Source: Fistulifera solaris (lineage: Eukaryota). Taken from it: a stretch of DNA of 64,000 nt. The stretch spans positions 558,001-622,000 of the forward strand of contig AP026152.1 of the NCBI GenBank assembly GCA_030295235.1, given 5' to 3'. Under the pieces are notes generated by a model. That model was not told where the DNA came from. It did no database searches and saw only the letters and a list, made by a program, of their open reading frames with translations. A program made the position numbers and the translations under genes. Numbering within the stretch: position 1 is the stretch's first letter; every line of letters starts with the position of its first letter. Shown here in pieces: positions 36,900 to 48,909 of this stretch.

Positions 36900-37860
36900 T
36901 CAAGCCAATCATCGTCCTCGACGGTAGCAAGTATGTTCGTCCCGATCGCAAAGTGACTCGCTGCCGTGTCTTTTCATTCGGACAACAGTTATCATCCAAA
37001 AATTTTTCATCCGACTCGCTGGTGTGTTCCTTGAGTGTCGTCGGAATTTGACCAGGAACGGTAGACTTCTGCAATGGAGCTAAGCAGACGACAGTGTGAA
37101 ACGGAATTGTTCGGTTTGACCACAAAAGAATTCTTTGTCGCCGATAAGATAGCAATTTTCGCCAGAGTTTTCGAAAGTTTTGGTTTAGCAACGACAAGTC
37201 TCAATCGTGTTCAAATTCTCGAATAACCAGTGGATGGACTCGCTGGATAAAAGGGGCGGTCGAAAGCTCGAGGAATTAACTGGCTAGCCTTGACGTTTAT
37301 ACGCTCGGGATATTCTTTCAAGAAACGAACAGCGATTTCCTGCACCAGAGGCCGGTTGCAACATCTGACTAACCAGTGAATCGGCAAGACACCGTCAGGA
37401 CCTTTTGTTCGGACTAAATCAGCATGTTCGGAAGTAAAGAAACGGCAGATCTTTGTCGCATTTGGCGTATAATGACTGTATCAGTCATTTAAGTTTCCTC
37501 GCGGAAAGTGAGCTACAAACGGCATGCAACATAGTATGCTCGGCATCGTGGTCAATACGGACTGCCTCTGGATATTGCTTCGCCATGCAGATAAAAAATC
37601 CACATCGGAGGCCCTTGGTCGTTGTAGACTTGCGGTTAAAGGGCAGCGTCCGTAACATGCTTTGATTTTTTCTTTAAGCCCTCGTGGATACAATTCATAG
37701 TCTTTTAATCGTATCCAGCTCACATCGATAGTAGATATAATGTTCCATCAAAGTCAAATGCGGCGGATACTCTTGGCAAAGTTGATGTTGGAAGACCCAA
37801 GGATAATGTTCTACAATCAAGGGAAGCAATTCGCATGCCCACATTCTACTGGAGTGTATT
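36900..37860 (-). pseudogene. Array copy E: 5'-truncated and multiply disrupted
   Basis: Homology begins immediately after copy F's stop (WACELLPLIVEHYPWVFQHQLCQEYPPHL), then YELYPRGLKE, RFLTSEH, RPLVQEIA and SIAEVYRSWS in shifting frames. Confidence 0.75.
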
Positions 37861-37864
37861 CGTT

Positions 37865-39610
37865 TCATCGCTTTCGTTTTTGCCCGCCTATACTTTCACG
37901 CGCAGAAACAACCTCTTGTTTGCAGTTATTACCTTCCCTAATTCCGTCATTATCGTCATCCTCCTTCCTATCGGCTACGTAAGCATAATCTTCACTCCGA
38001 CAATCATCTTCACTGTCATCGTCGGAGTCGTCACATCCTTCGCCCATCGGTCCAGAGGCGCTACCAGTATCTGTAACCCATTCGTCTTCCACTTCGTCGG
38101 AAAGACCCTCGCCAGCACTATCACGATCATCGTCGGAGTCGTCACATCCTTCGCTCATCGGTCCAGTAGCGCTACCAGTATCTGTAACCCATTCGTCTTC
38201 GACTTCGTCGGAAAGACCCTCCCCAACACTATAACGATCTTCATCCCATTCGTTTTCATCGTCTTCCTCGGACACATCCTCCTCGTCCTCGTCAGAGACA
38301 TCGTCGCATTCGAATAGACGACAAACATCCGCAATGCTCTCTTGGATGCGTTCTTTTGCGCCGATAAAACATTGCTTCGCAGGTTGGCCCAGGAACGGTA
38401 GACTTCCGCGAGGTCATTAAGCAATGACATGGTTGAAGTGTGGCGCACTGATGTGTTCGTAGAGTGTGAGTAATATGTCGATAAGACTGCCGCTTTGGTC
38501 AGACTTTGGGAAACCTGGGCAAGCAGCGACATGTCTTGATCGATTTCGACCTCTTTGTAACAAGCGGATACACTTGCTGGATGAATGGAACTTTTGTATG
38601 GTCGGGTAAAAAGTCAAAAGACTTTAGTCGCACACACTCGGGATACGATTTCAGTAAAGAATGACCATTTCTTGCACCAGGGGTCGGTTGCAAGAGTCGA
38701 CTAGACGGTGAATTGGGAGCATTTGGCCACTACCTCTTGTGCGGACTAGAAGAGGATGTTCGGAAATCAGGAAACGGCATATTTTGGCCGTGTTGTGTTT
38801 ACCTTCGCTTCGGGTCTCATTTCCGTCCCGAGGTTTTGAGGAAATACTATTGCAAACCAAATGCAACACGGAACAACTCTTATCAACTGCATCTGGATAT
38901 TGCTTCGCCATCCAAATGAAAAACTCCGCGTTGGGTTCCCCTGCTACTTCAAGACTTGCTTTCAGGGGATAGATCCCACTGCGTCTTTCTCGAAGTCCTT
39001 GCGGATAGAATTTGTAAAACTTCCAAATTGTTTCCAAGTCACATTTCCCTTTGTTAAAGAGCCTCATCATCTCAAAGTGCAATGGGTTTCTTTGACAAAA
39101 TCTATGCTGAAGCACCCACGGATAGCGTTCTGCAATCCATGTAACTATCTTGCAACTCCAACCAAATCGTGCGAGATTATGAATGGGCGGGTCAACATAG
39201 CGGTGGTAGTTCCAGTTGCCTTCATCGTCAGAGCTTTCATCGTCACCTGAATGATCCCCATACCGAACCTTCCACAATAGTGCATGCGGATTCATTTCAA
39301 TGAGAAACTGGATGGTCTCGTAGCATCGTTCGCCTACTTTCATGCGAAGAATTTCAATCAACGGCAACGATACCTCGCCTTCCAAAAGTCCAGTTCGAGC
39401 TAAGATTGGATTAGCCGCGACTTCTCTTCGTATGATTTGATCCAGCTGTGCGGCGGCAGCTATAAAATCATCGTTCATCAATCCGCGTTCCCGTAATATC
39501 CTGTTCACATCCACGGCTTCTCTCTGCAAGGCGCGAAACTTTGTCAGCATTGCCGGTGTCAATTCCGTTTCAAGGATCTGCTTTGGAGACTCTGAAATCT
39601 CGTGGCACAT
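37865..39610 (-). CDS. Array copy F; frameshifts ~38655, ~38553 and ~38355; ends GGQKRKR
   Basis: Starts MCHEISES; same blocks spread over four frames; the tail contains a 37 aa duplication. Confidence 0.7.
38018..38232. repeat. 111 bp tandem duplication within the acidic tail of copy F
   Basis: GEGLSDEVEDEWVTDTGSA(T/S)GPM(S/G)EGCDDSDDD occurs twice. Confidence 0.9.
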
Positions 39611-39996
39611 GTTGGTTGATTGTGTGAAAGTGTCGTTTGTCACCAAAGAGGGATAGAGCTATTGCTAAACAGAGTCTATTGACATCGCGTCAGCAATGCG
39701 AGGCAATGCAAAAAATAATAAAACACACAACAAAAACGCTTCCTGCCCGGACGACATGCAGACGCCCAAAGATTTTTAATGCGGTCTGTCCGGAGTACGG
39801 GTTTAACGAAATCTCATCCTCGCATTTATTCGCGCCCATTACGTATGGTACTGGTAGTTTTTTTTTTTTTTTAGTACTCCGTATTTACTTATTGGTATTA
39901 TTTTTTGCGGAAGACAACAATCATCAATCAACAACAAACTCTGTAAAGTCTAATATTCAATCAAACTAATTACAGCAGCCGCATCACAGATCAAGC

Positions 39997-40716
39997 ATGA
40001 CACTGACAGAATCTCAAGCTTTCACCGTCGGCAGTGATTGGGAACTCGTATCACAAGGTGCAGAAGCCAAGCTGTGGAAAATACCGGCCGGACCTTTGTT
40101 CGACGTACCTTGCATTGCCAAGGAACGTTTTTCGAAAGCATATCGACATCCGGCATTAGACGAGAAGTTGACAAAACAACGATGTCGAGCCGAATCTAGG
40201 ATTCTAACAAAATGCGTCGAAAAAGGAATCCCCGCGCCCCGAGTGCTAAGAACTGATGCACCAGTGCTGTATCTCGAATACATCGATGCTCCTACCGTTC
40301 GAGAATATCTCGAGACTGATTTATTAGTAACACTGACGGACGATACACAGGATTCTCCTCAGCACAACAAATTACAGCAACTTGCTGACGCATTCGGTCA
40401 AATGGTGGCCGCATTGCACAATTTGGGCATCGTACATGGCGATTTGACTACATCCAATGCAATGATTCGATTGCCAGAAATGACGTTAATAGCCATTGAC
40501 TTTGGTTTGGCGAAAAATACGACTTCCATGGAAGAACGGGCCGTCGATTTGTATGTACTCGAACGCGCTCTTAGTTCGACGCATCCGAAATTGCCTACTG
40601 ATTTTTGGACTCTTTTATTGAAGAGCTATCAAGCCGCGGCGGAGAAGGCAGAAGCGACATTGTCGCGGCTGGAACAGGTACAAATTCGTGGACGAAAACG
40701 AGAGTGCTTTGGATAA
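39997..40716 (+). CDS. BUD32: KEOPS complex kinase Bud32/PRPK
   Basis: SQGAEA, KERFSKAYRHPALD, VHGDLTTSN, IDFGL, EERAVDLYVLERA and C-terminal RGRKR. Confidence 0.95.
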   Translation: MTLTESQAFTVGSDWELVSQGAEAKLWKIPAGPLFDVPCIAKERFSKAYRHPALDEKLTKQRCRAESRILTKCVEKGIPAPRVLRTDAPVLYLEYIDAPTVREYLETDLLVTLTDDTQDSPQHNKLQQLADAFGQMVAALHNLGIVHGDLTTSNAMIRLPEMTLIAIDFGLAKNTTSMEERAVDLYVLERALSSTHPKLPTDFWTLLLKSYQAAAEKAEATLSRLEQVQIRGRKRECFG

Positions 40717-40808
40717 CGTTGAATTGTTCAAGCAAGACGTATGATAACGCAATCATTACGTATGATGTATTGTATACTTTGACAAAGAAAACGGTGATGA
40801 CACGAATG

Positions 40809-41666
40809 TTACGGCGACTCTTCTTGATACAAAACGGATCGTGGTGAAGAAATCGCACATTTTTTGGACGCCTTGGATCCCAAGTCGATGGACTTGTCGT
40901 CGTTGGAAGAAGAGTATGCTTTCTCCAACGTGTTGGTACTGGCCAGTACTAACGATTGTAGATCTTTTCTGAATGCGTCTTCCTTCTCGCAGTCAATCTC
41001 TAAAGAAAAGCGTAATGTTTGCTGTAGGGATACTATCATCGTTTGATCCATCCCCACTGTTTCTAGTGCATTGATAAAAGCACAATAAGCAGTGACATAC
41101 GACGCTACTGTCATCCACTTTTCATTCGGAGTAGAATGCACCACTTGATAATCTGCGAGCTCCAAAACAATTTGCTTGTCGTCTTCCACAGAAGGCAAAA
41201 GCTCCACAAATAATCGTAGATAAGATCGTCCTGTTGGTGGATTCATCCGCCATTGCAGAGCAGGGAGCAACTTGTATTCCATTTCTTCGATTTGCTCGAC
41301 TGTGTATTCGTCTTGACACAGTTGTGCAAAGGAGGAGGGTGGAACGGAAGCATATCCGTGTACCTTGATGGCCGTGTATATGCACGTCACACACAGCAAA
41401 CGAAAGGATGACAAATTTTGTGCCATGGAGGACCCGGCTGTCGAGCAGAGACATCGATCCAAGTATGACAAGGCAATTTCAGCAATCTCTGTAGGGTACT
41501 CGAGAATCTCTAACAAATTGAGCCACCAGATTACCATGGCACTCCGGTGATCAAAATTTATGTGAGCGTGGTCGGTGGGCGGAGATTTTTCATATGCCGA
41601 CTGCTCTTGCATCCTCAAAACCGAAATCCGGTCGAGGATGAGTTCGTTGGATGGTATGCACAACAT
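40809..41666 (-). CDS. Cyclin, dsCYC-type
   Basis: HRSAMVIWW...EIALSYLDR...FRLLCVTCIYTAIKVH...IEEMEYKLLPALQWRMNPPT. Confidence 0.9.
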   Translation of the reverse strand: MLCIPSNELILDRISVLRMQEQSAYEKSPPTDHAHINFDHRSAMVIWWLNLLEILEYPTEIAEIALSYLDRCLCSTAGSSMAQNLSSFRLLCVTCIYTAIKVHGYASVPPSSFAQLCQDEYTVEQIEEMEYKLLPALQWRMNPPTGRSYLRLFVELLPSVEDDKQIVLELADYQVVHSTPNEKWMTVASYVTAYCAFINALETVGMDQTMIVSLQQTLRFSLEIDCEKEDAFRKDLQSLVLASTNTLEKAYSSSNDDKSIDLGSKASKKCAISSPRSVLYQEESP

Positions 41667-42387
41667 GGTCTTCGGCTACTAATGATGCGAATCGTCGTTG
41701 AAAAATATAACAAGAATAAAGTCAACAAAGGACGACGAGGACGAGGGGAAAAACCGTCAGCATGTTTCCTTTGGAAGCAACATTTGCTTCCCAAGAAATT
41801 CTTTGGAATTCCCCTCCTTCTTGTGTTGCATCATCCTACTTTCGAAAGGACCCTAAAATAATCTGACGTCAATGACGGCGGATGACAAAAGACAAAAACC
41901 GAGTACACACGTTTTATCCTTGTTCGTCAAGTTACGGGACTGAAAATATATCGAGTCGGAGACGTGTACCCCCTGCTCTGTAAACGATACTAATCACATT
42001 TCAATAATTTACGAAATGCAATGGACACATTTCATTTATCTAACAGCAACATCATTAGCACTCATACGTTCAAACGAAACGTTAGAGCTTCATAACATCC
42101 AAGGTCGAAATAGTTCTAGGGAGAGCAGTCATTCATTGAGAACAGTTCATCTCAAGTTTTCCGGGACTGCAAATCAGTTGAGTCGTGATCTGGCTGAGCC
42201 TACTCTTTAGACAATACTTCGTACTAACTCGCCACACTTTTTAGCTGAAACCTTAATGTTACAGCATCATCTCGCAATAGAGGTGCGCGGGTATCGTCGC
42301 GTTGTTGCATTGCAAAATCATTACTGGCAATCGTGGGAGTCTATAAGCAACTATCAGGTACAAGTCAGTTTGCACTCATTTGCCAAG

Positions 42388-44179
42388 ATGATCGTTGCGA
42401 AAAGAAAGACCGTCACAAGGCTTTACTTGTGCTGCGCAGCAATCTATATCCATGTTGCCGCCGCTTTCGCTCCGTCGTCGGTTCGTTCTCTTCCCCGCAT
42501 TAACCCTCCCTCCACGCGGCACATGGTAAAATATGAAGATCTCATGGAGAAGTTACCGTCCGACACTGTCGTCGATGTAGTCGATGCCATGCCAGAGAAG
42601 CGCGTTGTAGCATCCGACGTGGCCGCCCGAGCCGGTGTATCACTTTCTCAAGCAAGAAAGGATCTAGTAGCGTTGGCATCTTTATCGCAGGGAGACATTG
42701 CCGTCGATAAAGACGGAGAACTCATTTACCAATTTCCACCGAATCTCAAGGCAACGTTAGCCAGTAACTCGGCCAAATACAAAGCCATGGCGACGCTACG
42801 TAAGGCCTGGCCGAGTATATTCTGGTTTCTGCGAGCTTCCTTCGGTGTTACACTGTTGGCTTCGGTTTTTGCTATTTTCAGTACCATCTTTTTCTTGCAA
42901 AGTAGTAACAGTCGCAGTGATGATGACCGTGATGACCGAAGAGGCGGTTCGATGAGCTTTGGGGGCTCGTATATGTGGGGTCCGAGTCCGTTTGACTTCT
43001 TATACTGGAATCGTCCTTATGGATACTACGCCAATCCTTATCAAAGGCCCGATGAAATGGGATTTCTGCCATCGGTATTTAGCTACGTCTTTGGAGACGG
43101 TAATCCCAACGAGAAAATTGAAGAAAAGCGTCTCGCGTTGGCCGCCAACATGATTCGAGCGAACAATGGGGCTGTCACGGCGGAACAGCTGGCTCCCTAT
43201 TGTGATGATGCCCCGATCCGTCTGAATACATGAAAGCCACCTATGTGGATGAGGTACGTTCAGTGATTATTTATCATCTCTTTGTGTTTGACATTAAGTG
43301 CCTCACGCCTTCGTTTATTACACAGAGTTTCGTACTTCCGATCGTAACAGCGCTGGGCGGCGAAGCACAAGTTATGGAAGACGGTGAAATCGTTTACACA
43401 TTCCCGGAACTGCAGACTTCTGCCACCAAAGTTTCGGAAACGACATCAATGGTGAAACTAGAGAAAGTAGAAGAATCGTTGCTGTTGCAGCGCGCCGGTT
43501 TGCCTTCGAGTGCCACGTCCCGTCAAATTCAAAGTTTTTTGAATTGGAATGGCATATCCACAGCTGGTGCAATCGAACGAGACGATTTAATCCGGATTTT
43601 ACGTCGGGCGTTGCCTCCGCCGTCCGATTCGGAGAAAGCTTTGTTGGAAGATGCCGCTGCGGACAGTCAAACGGATGTGTTGACAGAGCGTCGATTGAAA
43701 TTCAGTGTTGCTACGGACGTGAACAAATTTCTTGCCGGAGGACTGGGTGTGGTCAATCTGGGAGGCGCTCTCTACCTGGGCAATTTGTTAGGGCAGTATG
43801 CGTTGTATGGCGTCCGATTGCCTTCTTACATGGGAGTTGTGCAATCCTTTTATCCTTTGTTGCTCTTGTACGCTGTTTTATTCAATGTGATTCCGTTGGT
43901 GAGGAATGTGTATAATCAACAAGAAAATGCGAAAATTGAGAAGCGCAACGGTGTCCGTAGGAAATGGAGAGACGCGCTGAAGAATAATTCTTTCACACGC
44001 AAGTTAAAGGCTGCCGCCAAAATGGGTACGCGCTTGAAACAATTGGGCGCCAACCCTGACGAAATTGTATTTGATACAAGGAAGCCCATTGAAGAAATCA
44101 AAAACGAAAGATAGATTTAGAACTCAAAGAATTTGACAAGTTGTTGCAAGAGGACGAGTCGAAAGATAGTTTTCAATGA
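42388..44179 (+). CDS. Conserved plastid-targeted membrane protein (plant At5g03900/cyanobacterial-like)
   Basis: AAA-FAP presequence; DVAARAGVSL, GELIYQFP, SVFSYVFGDGNPN, GAVTAEQLAPY, GEIVYTFPELQ and GLGVVNLGGA. Intron ~43253-43325; frameshifts ~43215 and ~44105. Confidence 0.75.
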
Positions 44180-44263
44180 AACACGTTGTTGGTTAGAAAA
44201 AAGAACGTAATTAGGCTCAAGTGTGACGCGAAACATTAACATATAACCTTGTACATTTTACAT

Positions 44264-45303
44264 TTACTGCTTTCGGATCTCGGCAATCTCCTTGTCGGTC
44301 AAAGTATGGCGCATGACACGAGAGAAGGCGGATATGTTGGGATCTGTAATGTAGTTGAATAACACCATCACCCATGATTCACATTTCGGTAGAGGATCGT
44401 AAAACTCAGCAGCAATACGTCTTAGCTCGGGTAGACGAGAACCTGGAATATTGGGAAAGTCGTGATGTTCGTTGTGGTATCCAACGTTGAAGCCGAAAAT
44501 GTTCAAAGGACCGTAATACGAGTACGTCTCCGCACCCTTGACGAAAACATAATGCTCGGCAATGAAATGACCGGCCACCGGATGAAGTCCAGCGCCCAAG
44601 TATGTGCTCAAAATCAAGTAAAACATGGCCCAAGGGCCGAGTGTGTAGAGAATAGCGGCATCGAAAGTAATGCAACACGCCGCATTGATAAACTCCCATT
44701 TACCAGGTTTCTTGGGGTTGACAAAGAGAGGGCGCAGAGCATAAAGAAGATCTGATTCATGACAAATAGGAATTTCATGAATGTGCTTTGAAAGATACGT
44801 CCTTCCGCTGGTGTTGGAATGTCGACATCCACACCAACTTCACCCTGGTACTTGTGATGCTCCAAGTGATAGCGCTTGAATGAGATAGCCGAAGGAATTC
44901 CGATCGGCAAGTTGGCGAACAGAGAAAAGATGCGGTTGTGAATCATCTTCTTAAAGCCAAGATTGTGCGAAAGCTCGTGCATCGCCAACATGAGCATGTG
45001 ATTGCAAGTACCTCCGACCGCATAGGCTCCGAGCACAAACACCCATGCGCTGCAGAAACGCATGTAATACGCCATGCCGATCTGAATGGACACGAGCAAT
45101 GTCACAACATACTTGAAGTTGGGGTCATGACCGAATAATTCTTTGACTTGGGGGTATTTGGCCAGAATTTGCTTGCGACGCGTCGCGTGCGGTTCTTCCG
45201 TGTAACTCCAGAAAAAGTCGTCTTTGCCGGGTTGACCTTTGCCATTGTTTTCATTGCTCTTCGAGAGCTGTTTGATTTGAGGGGCTGAATCGGACTTGCA
45301 CAT
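44264..45303 (-). CDS. Sphingolipid delta-4 desaturase (DEGS/DES1-like); frameshift ~44740
   Basis: EEPHATRRKQILAKYP and His boxes HELSH, HLEHH and HNEHH; HPVAGHFIAEH. Confidence 0.93.
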
Positions 45304-45927
45304 GGTGAAGTAGTTCTTTGACGAGTCTTGTAATGCAGTTATTAAGCCTCGGTGACGAGAAGACTCCGGTCCCCGATGTTGTGCGGCAAGAGCGACTCGT
45401 GCATTCCATCGCGTTTATGGTTCCGTCGGTCTGACGAAGTTTTCTGCAAAGTCAAACGAAACGACGTTGGACCTGCGTGCGCTTCGCATTTATCGTGCTG
45501 GTATCCGAACCTCGCGCGCGGGCCGTCTCTCAACGACTATTTCGTCCATACTACAATGGCAGAGATCAACGAATCATCGGATACAATTGGTCTAAGTAAA
45601 AAACCGAAGGCTTGTCACAAAATGCGAAGTTTTTAGTCAAGCAACTTCTACTTTTCAGTTCAGTGTGATTGAATCGCAAGACTTGCGAGACACATGACTC
45701 TTTCGTCTACTTCAAAAGTCATAGTCGGGTTGCTTTGAGTCACTAACACTTGCCCTATCTAATTGTTTTATCGACTGTAGACTACAAAGTAGCCAAGCAA
45801 GAAAGGACGAAAGACTTTTTCTCCTCCTTTTCTTCAAACGAAGATTTTGTTGCACTTGTTGATGTCATTCATCCGGACTTGTTGAGCGCCGTCGTAGCTT
45901 GCAATCTCCTTCTCTTTATTAATCGAA

Positions 45928-46898
45928 ATGGATGCGAACGACGATCCTTATGAGATCTTGGGCTTGAGCCGGGATGCGAGCGACGCGGATATCAAAAAAG
46001 CGTATCGCAAGCTTGCACTCAAAAATCACCCCGACAAACAACCCACTCCCGAAGAGCGTGAAAAGGCAAATGCGATCTTTGCCAAAATATCAAACGCTTA
46101 TCAGATTCTGACGGATAGTGAATTGCGTAAAAAGTATGAATATCAAAAGAAAAAGGATGATTTCACCGCTCAGTCACCGAGACGATCGCGCACGAGACAT
46201 TATACGGTCCCCCGAGAAGAATCATCCAGTAGTATGAATGCACCATTCTCTCCCACCTTCACATCCGGTAAGACAACAATGAGGAATGATGGAACGAAAT
46301 CGACTTTCCAATCTACCACAACCAATGAGGACGGATCCACAATTTCGTTTTCGTTCTCTTCTGATAAGTTTAATCCAGACTTTGAAGATCCCTTTGAGAT
46401 GTTCCGAAAAATGTATCGAGAAGAATACGGTAAAGACTTCGAGTCCACTGCTGGACCTGTCAATTTTTCTCCTAGCAGTAAAACCCGTATTGTACAGCAA
46501 AGGGCACATTTGCGTCGCCGACGAGTAGCACAGGCAAACTGTCGATTCCTCAATGCCCCAAAAGTAGCACAAAGTCCCCTGCTCGATCCTCACTCACGCC
46601 GAAAAGTGTTTCCAGGAAGAAAGCAAGTCCACTGACGATTCCACCTCCCCTGGTCGATGAGGAAACCCCCTACGTGTCCATGTCATCCAGTACCAAACAA
46701 ATCCAGCATTCCGACGGACGTGTGGAAACGATCACGGAAATCACCAAAACGTTTGCGGATGGGACGGTATCGACACAGCGGAAATCATCGACCTCGGCCG
46801 CTACGACGGGATCGTACAAAACCACATCGTCGAGTCCGATTCGCATGTCACCGCGACAAGTGCCGATGGCCATCAAGACGTTGGCCGGAAGTTCGTAA
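45928..46898 (+). CDS. DnaJ (J-domain) protein with low-complexity C-terminus; frameshift(s) after ~46500
   Basis: DPYEILG...KKAYRKLALKNHPDK...FAKISNAYQIL; later MSSSTKQIQHSDGRVETITE in another frame. Confidence 0.85.
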
Positions 46899-47365
46899 AG
46901 CGGCACTCGTTGGTAAACAAAATTAGAGCATGCTTTTTACACATATCTTCCACTACGTCAAAAGGATGCAGTGTGGTCAAACATGCTTTGCTTTGGTATA
47001 GAAAAATCCTTTTTCGATTGTCAAAATAAATATCCAACAGCAGATACCTCGAACAAGTGTAGACCTTCAAAGCATTATACATCATCCCTTGTCCACCCGT
47101 GTTCCGTCTAAACGACATTATTTCGTTGTTGTTAAGATCGCTGGGAGTAACGGGTACAGGTTGAGGTGGTGTAAGTGAACATGGGACCATAGACACAAAA
47201 ACCTACTTGCTAATCTTTACTTGAATCAAGGAAAGGTAAGGAAAGCTCCGGGCACCCCCTCTGTCAAATAATTTCTCTACAGTGTGTACGAGAGACTTTT
47301 CCGACTCGAGAATGAAACTTTTTCCGCTGAAACAATACAGCAGAATCTCCGTCTGCTTTAGGCGA

Positions 47366-48328
47366 AAAGACGAAAAAATCGCGCTACAGGCTGCGCCTGT
47401 AGACCCTAGCATGTACAAAAGGATTGCTGCACTCTCATGACAGAAATCCAGTCGTGGATTGGTAGAACCATCTGTTTGCATCATAGTAAAAACATGAAGG
47501 TCAGGATCGAGAGCATTGCCGGCTGAAATCGCAATTGCGCAAAACTCCAAGGTGAGAGCATAACTAGCTTTACATCTATAATTGTAATGAGGCTACAATC
47601 AAACGCGGAAAGTCGAAAACAGTTCGCGCTGCAGGCTGCATGTAGCATGTACAAATGCAGTCTGATAACTGAAATCCAGTCGTGGATCGGTAGAACCAAG
47701 TGTTTGCATCATAGTAAAAACATGAAGGTCAGGATTCGAGGGCATTGCCGGCTGAAATCGCAATTGCGCAAAACTCCAAGGTGAGCATAATTAGCTTTAC
47801 ATCTATGATTGTAATGAGACTACAATCAAACGCGGAAAAGTCGAAAACAATTCGCGCTGCAGGCTGCATGTAGCATGTACAAATGCATTCTGATGACTGA
47901 AATCCAGTCATGGATCGGTAGAACCAAGTGTTTGCATCATAGTAAAAACATGAAGGTCAGGATTCGAGAGCATTGCCGGCTGAAATCGCAATTGCGCGAA
48001 ATTCCAAGGTGAGAGCATAACTAGCTTTTCCTCTATGATTGTAATGGGACTACAATCAAACGCGGAAAAGTCGAAAACAGTTCGCGCTGCAGGCTGCATG
48101 TAGCATGTACAAATGCATTCTGATGACTGAAACCCTGTCGTGGATCGGTAGAACGAACTGTTTGCATCATGAAGGTCAGGATTCGAGAGCATTGCCGGCT
48201 GAAATCGCAATTGCGCGAAATTCCAAGGTGAGAGCATAACTAGCTTTACATCTATTATTGTAGTGACACTATTATCAAACGCGGAAAAGTCGAAAACAAT
48301 TCGCGCTGCAGGCTGCATGTAGCATGTG
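47366..48328. repeat. Tandem repeat, ~220-235 bp unit, about 4 copies
   Basis: Anchor tagcatgt(acaaa) recurs at ~47407, 47643, 47870, 48101 and 48320; high identity between copies. Confidence 0.95.
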
Positions 48329-48909
48329 ACACTTTTCGGCTTTCCCTACGATAGCTACGTGAAACGCACGTAGAAATCCGCAACATTGCTTTCGTTGTCC
48401 TTCTTCATGTTTGGTTTCCAATTATTGTCGATATATTCGTATGGTCTCAATGAAGTCATGTTGAGGTTCTTCCGATGAACCTAATCGCTTTCTTGCCCGA
48501 GAATGACAAGGACGAAGTCGATAAGTCCAAGGTGCTACGATAAAATTCCCGCGGGGGCTACGTAATTATTACGTAGATCTTCGATGCATTGTATCTTTGA
48601 TCCTTTCTACGTGTTATTTCTAATTAATGGTTTAAGAAGTTAATCAGTGCAAAATAAGGACGTTGGAAAAAGGTTTTGTGGTATTGCAGTCAAACCGACC
48701 CGAAAATTGGATGATGTCGATTTTTTCAATATCCGGGTTTGCTTTACCTGGTAACTGTAAGCCAGTTGCGAGTTGCGACGACGACGATTCGCGTTTCTCG
48801 CATTTCCACCATCAACCATCATCGCAAAAATATTGCGTTGTGGTCGATAGACCAACGTGTTATTGCGTTTTGCATCTACTTCATTCAATTATCAGAAGCT
48901 TGAGAAACA

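Noticed and set aside
3163..46898. Frameshifts in many conserved genes (SLC4, DoxX, PP2C, desaturase, DnaJ) as programmed frameshifting or pseudogenes
   Set aside because: Single-base, mostly at homopolymers, spread over unrelated genes with otherwise intact motifs; best explained by assembly indel errors.
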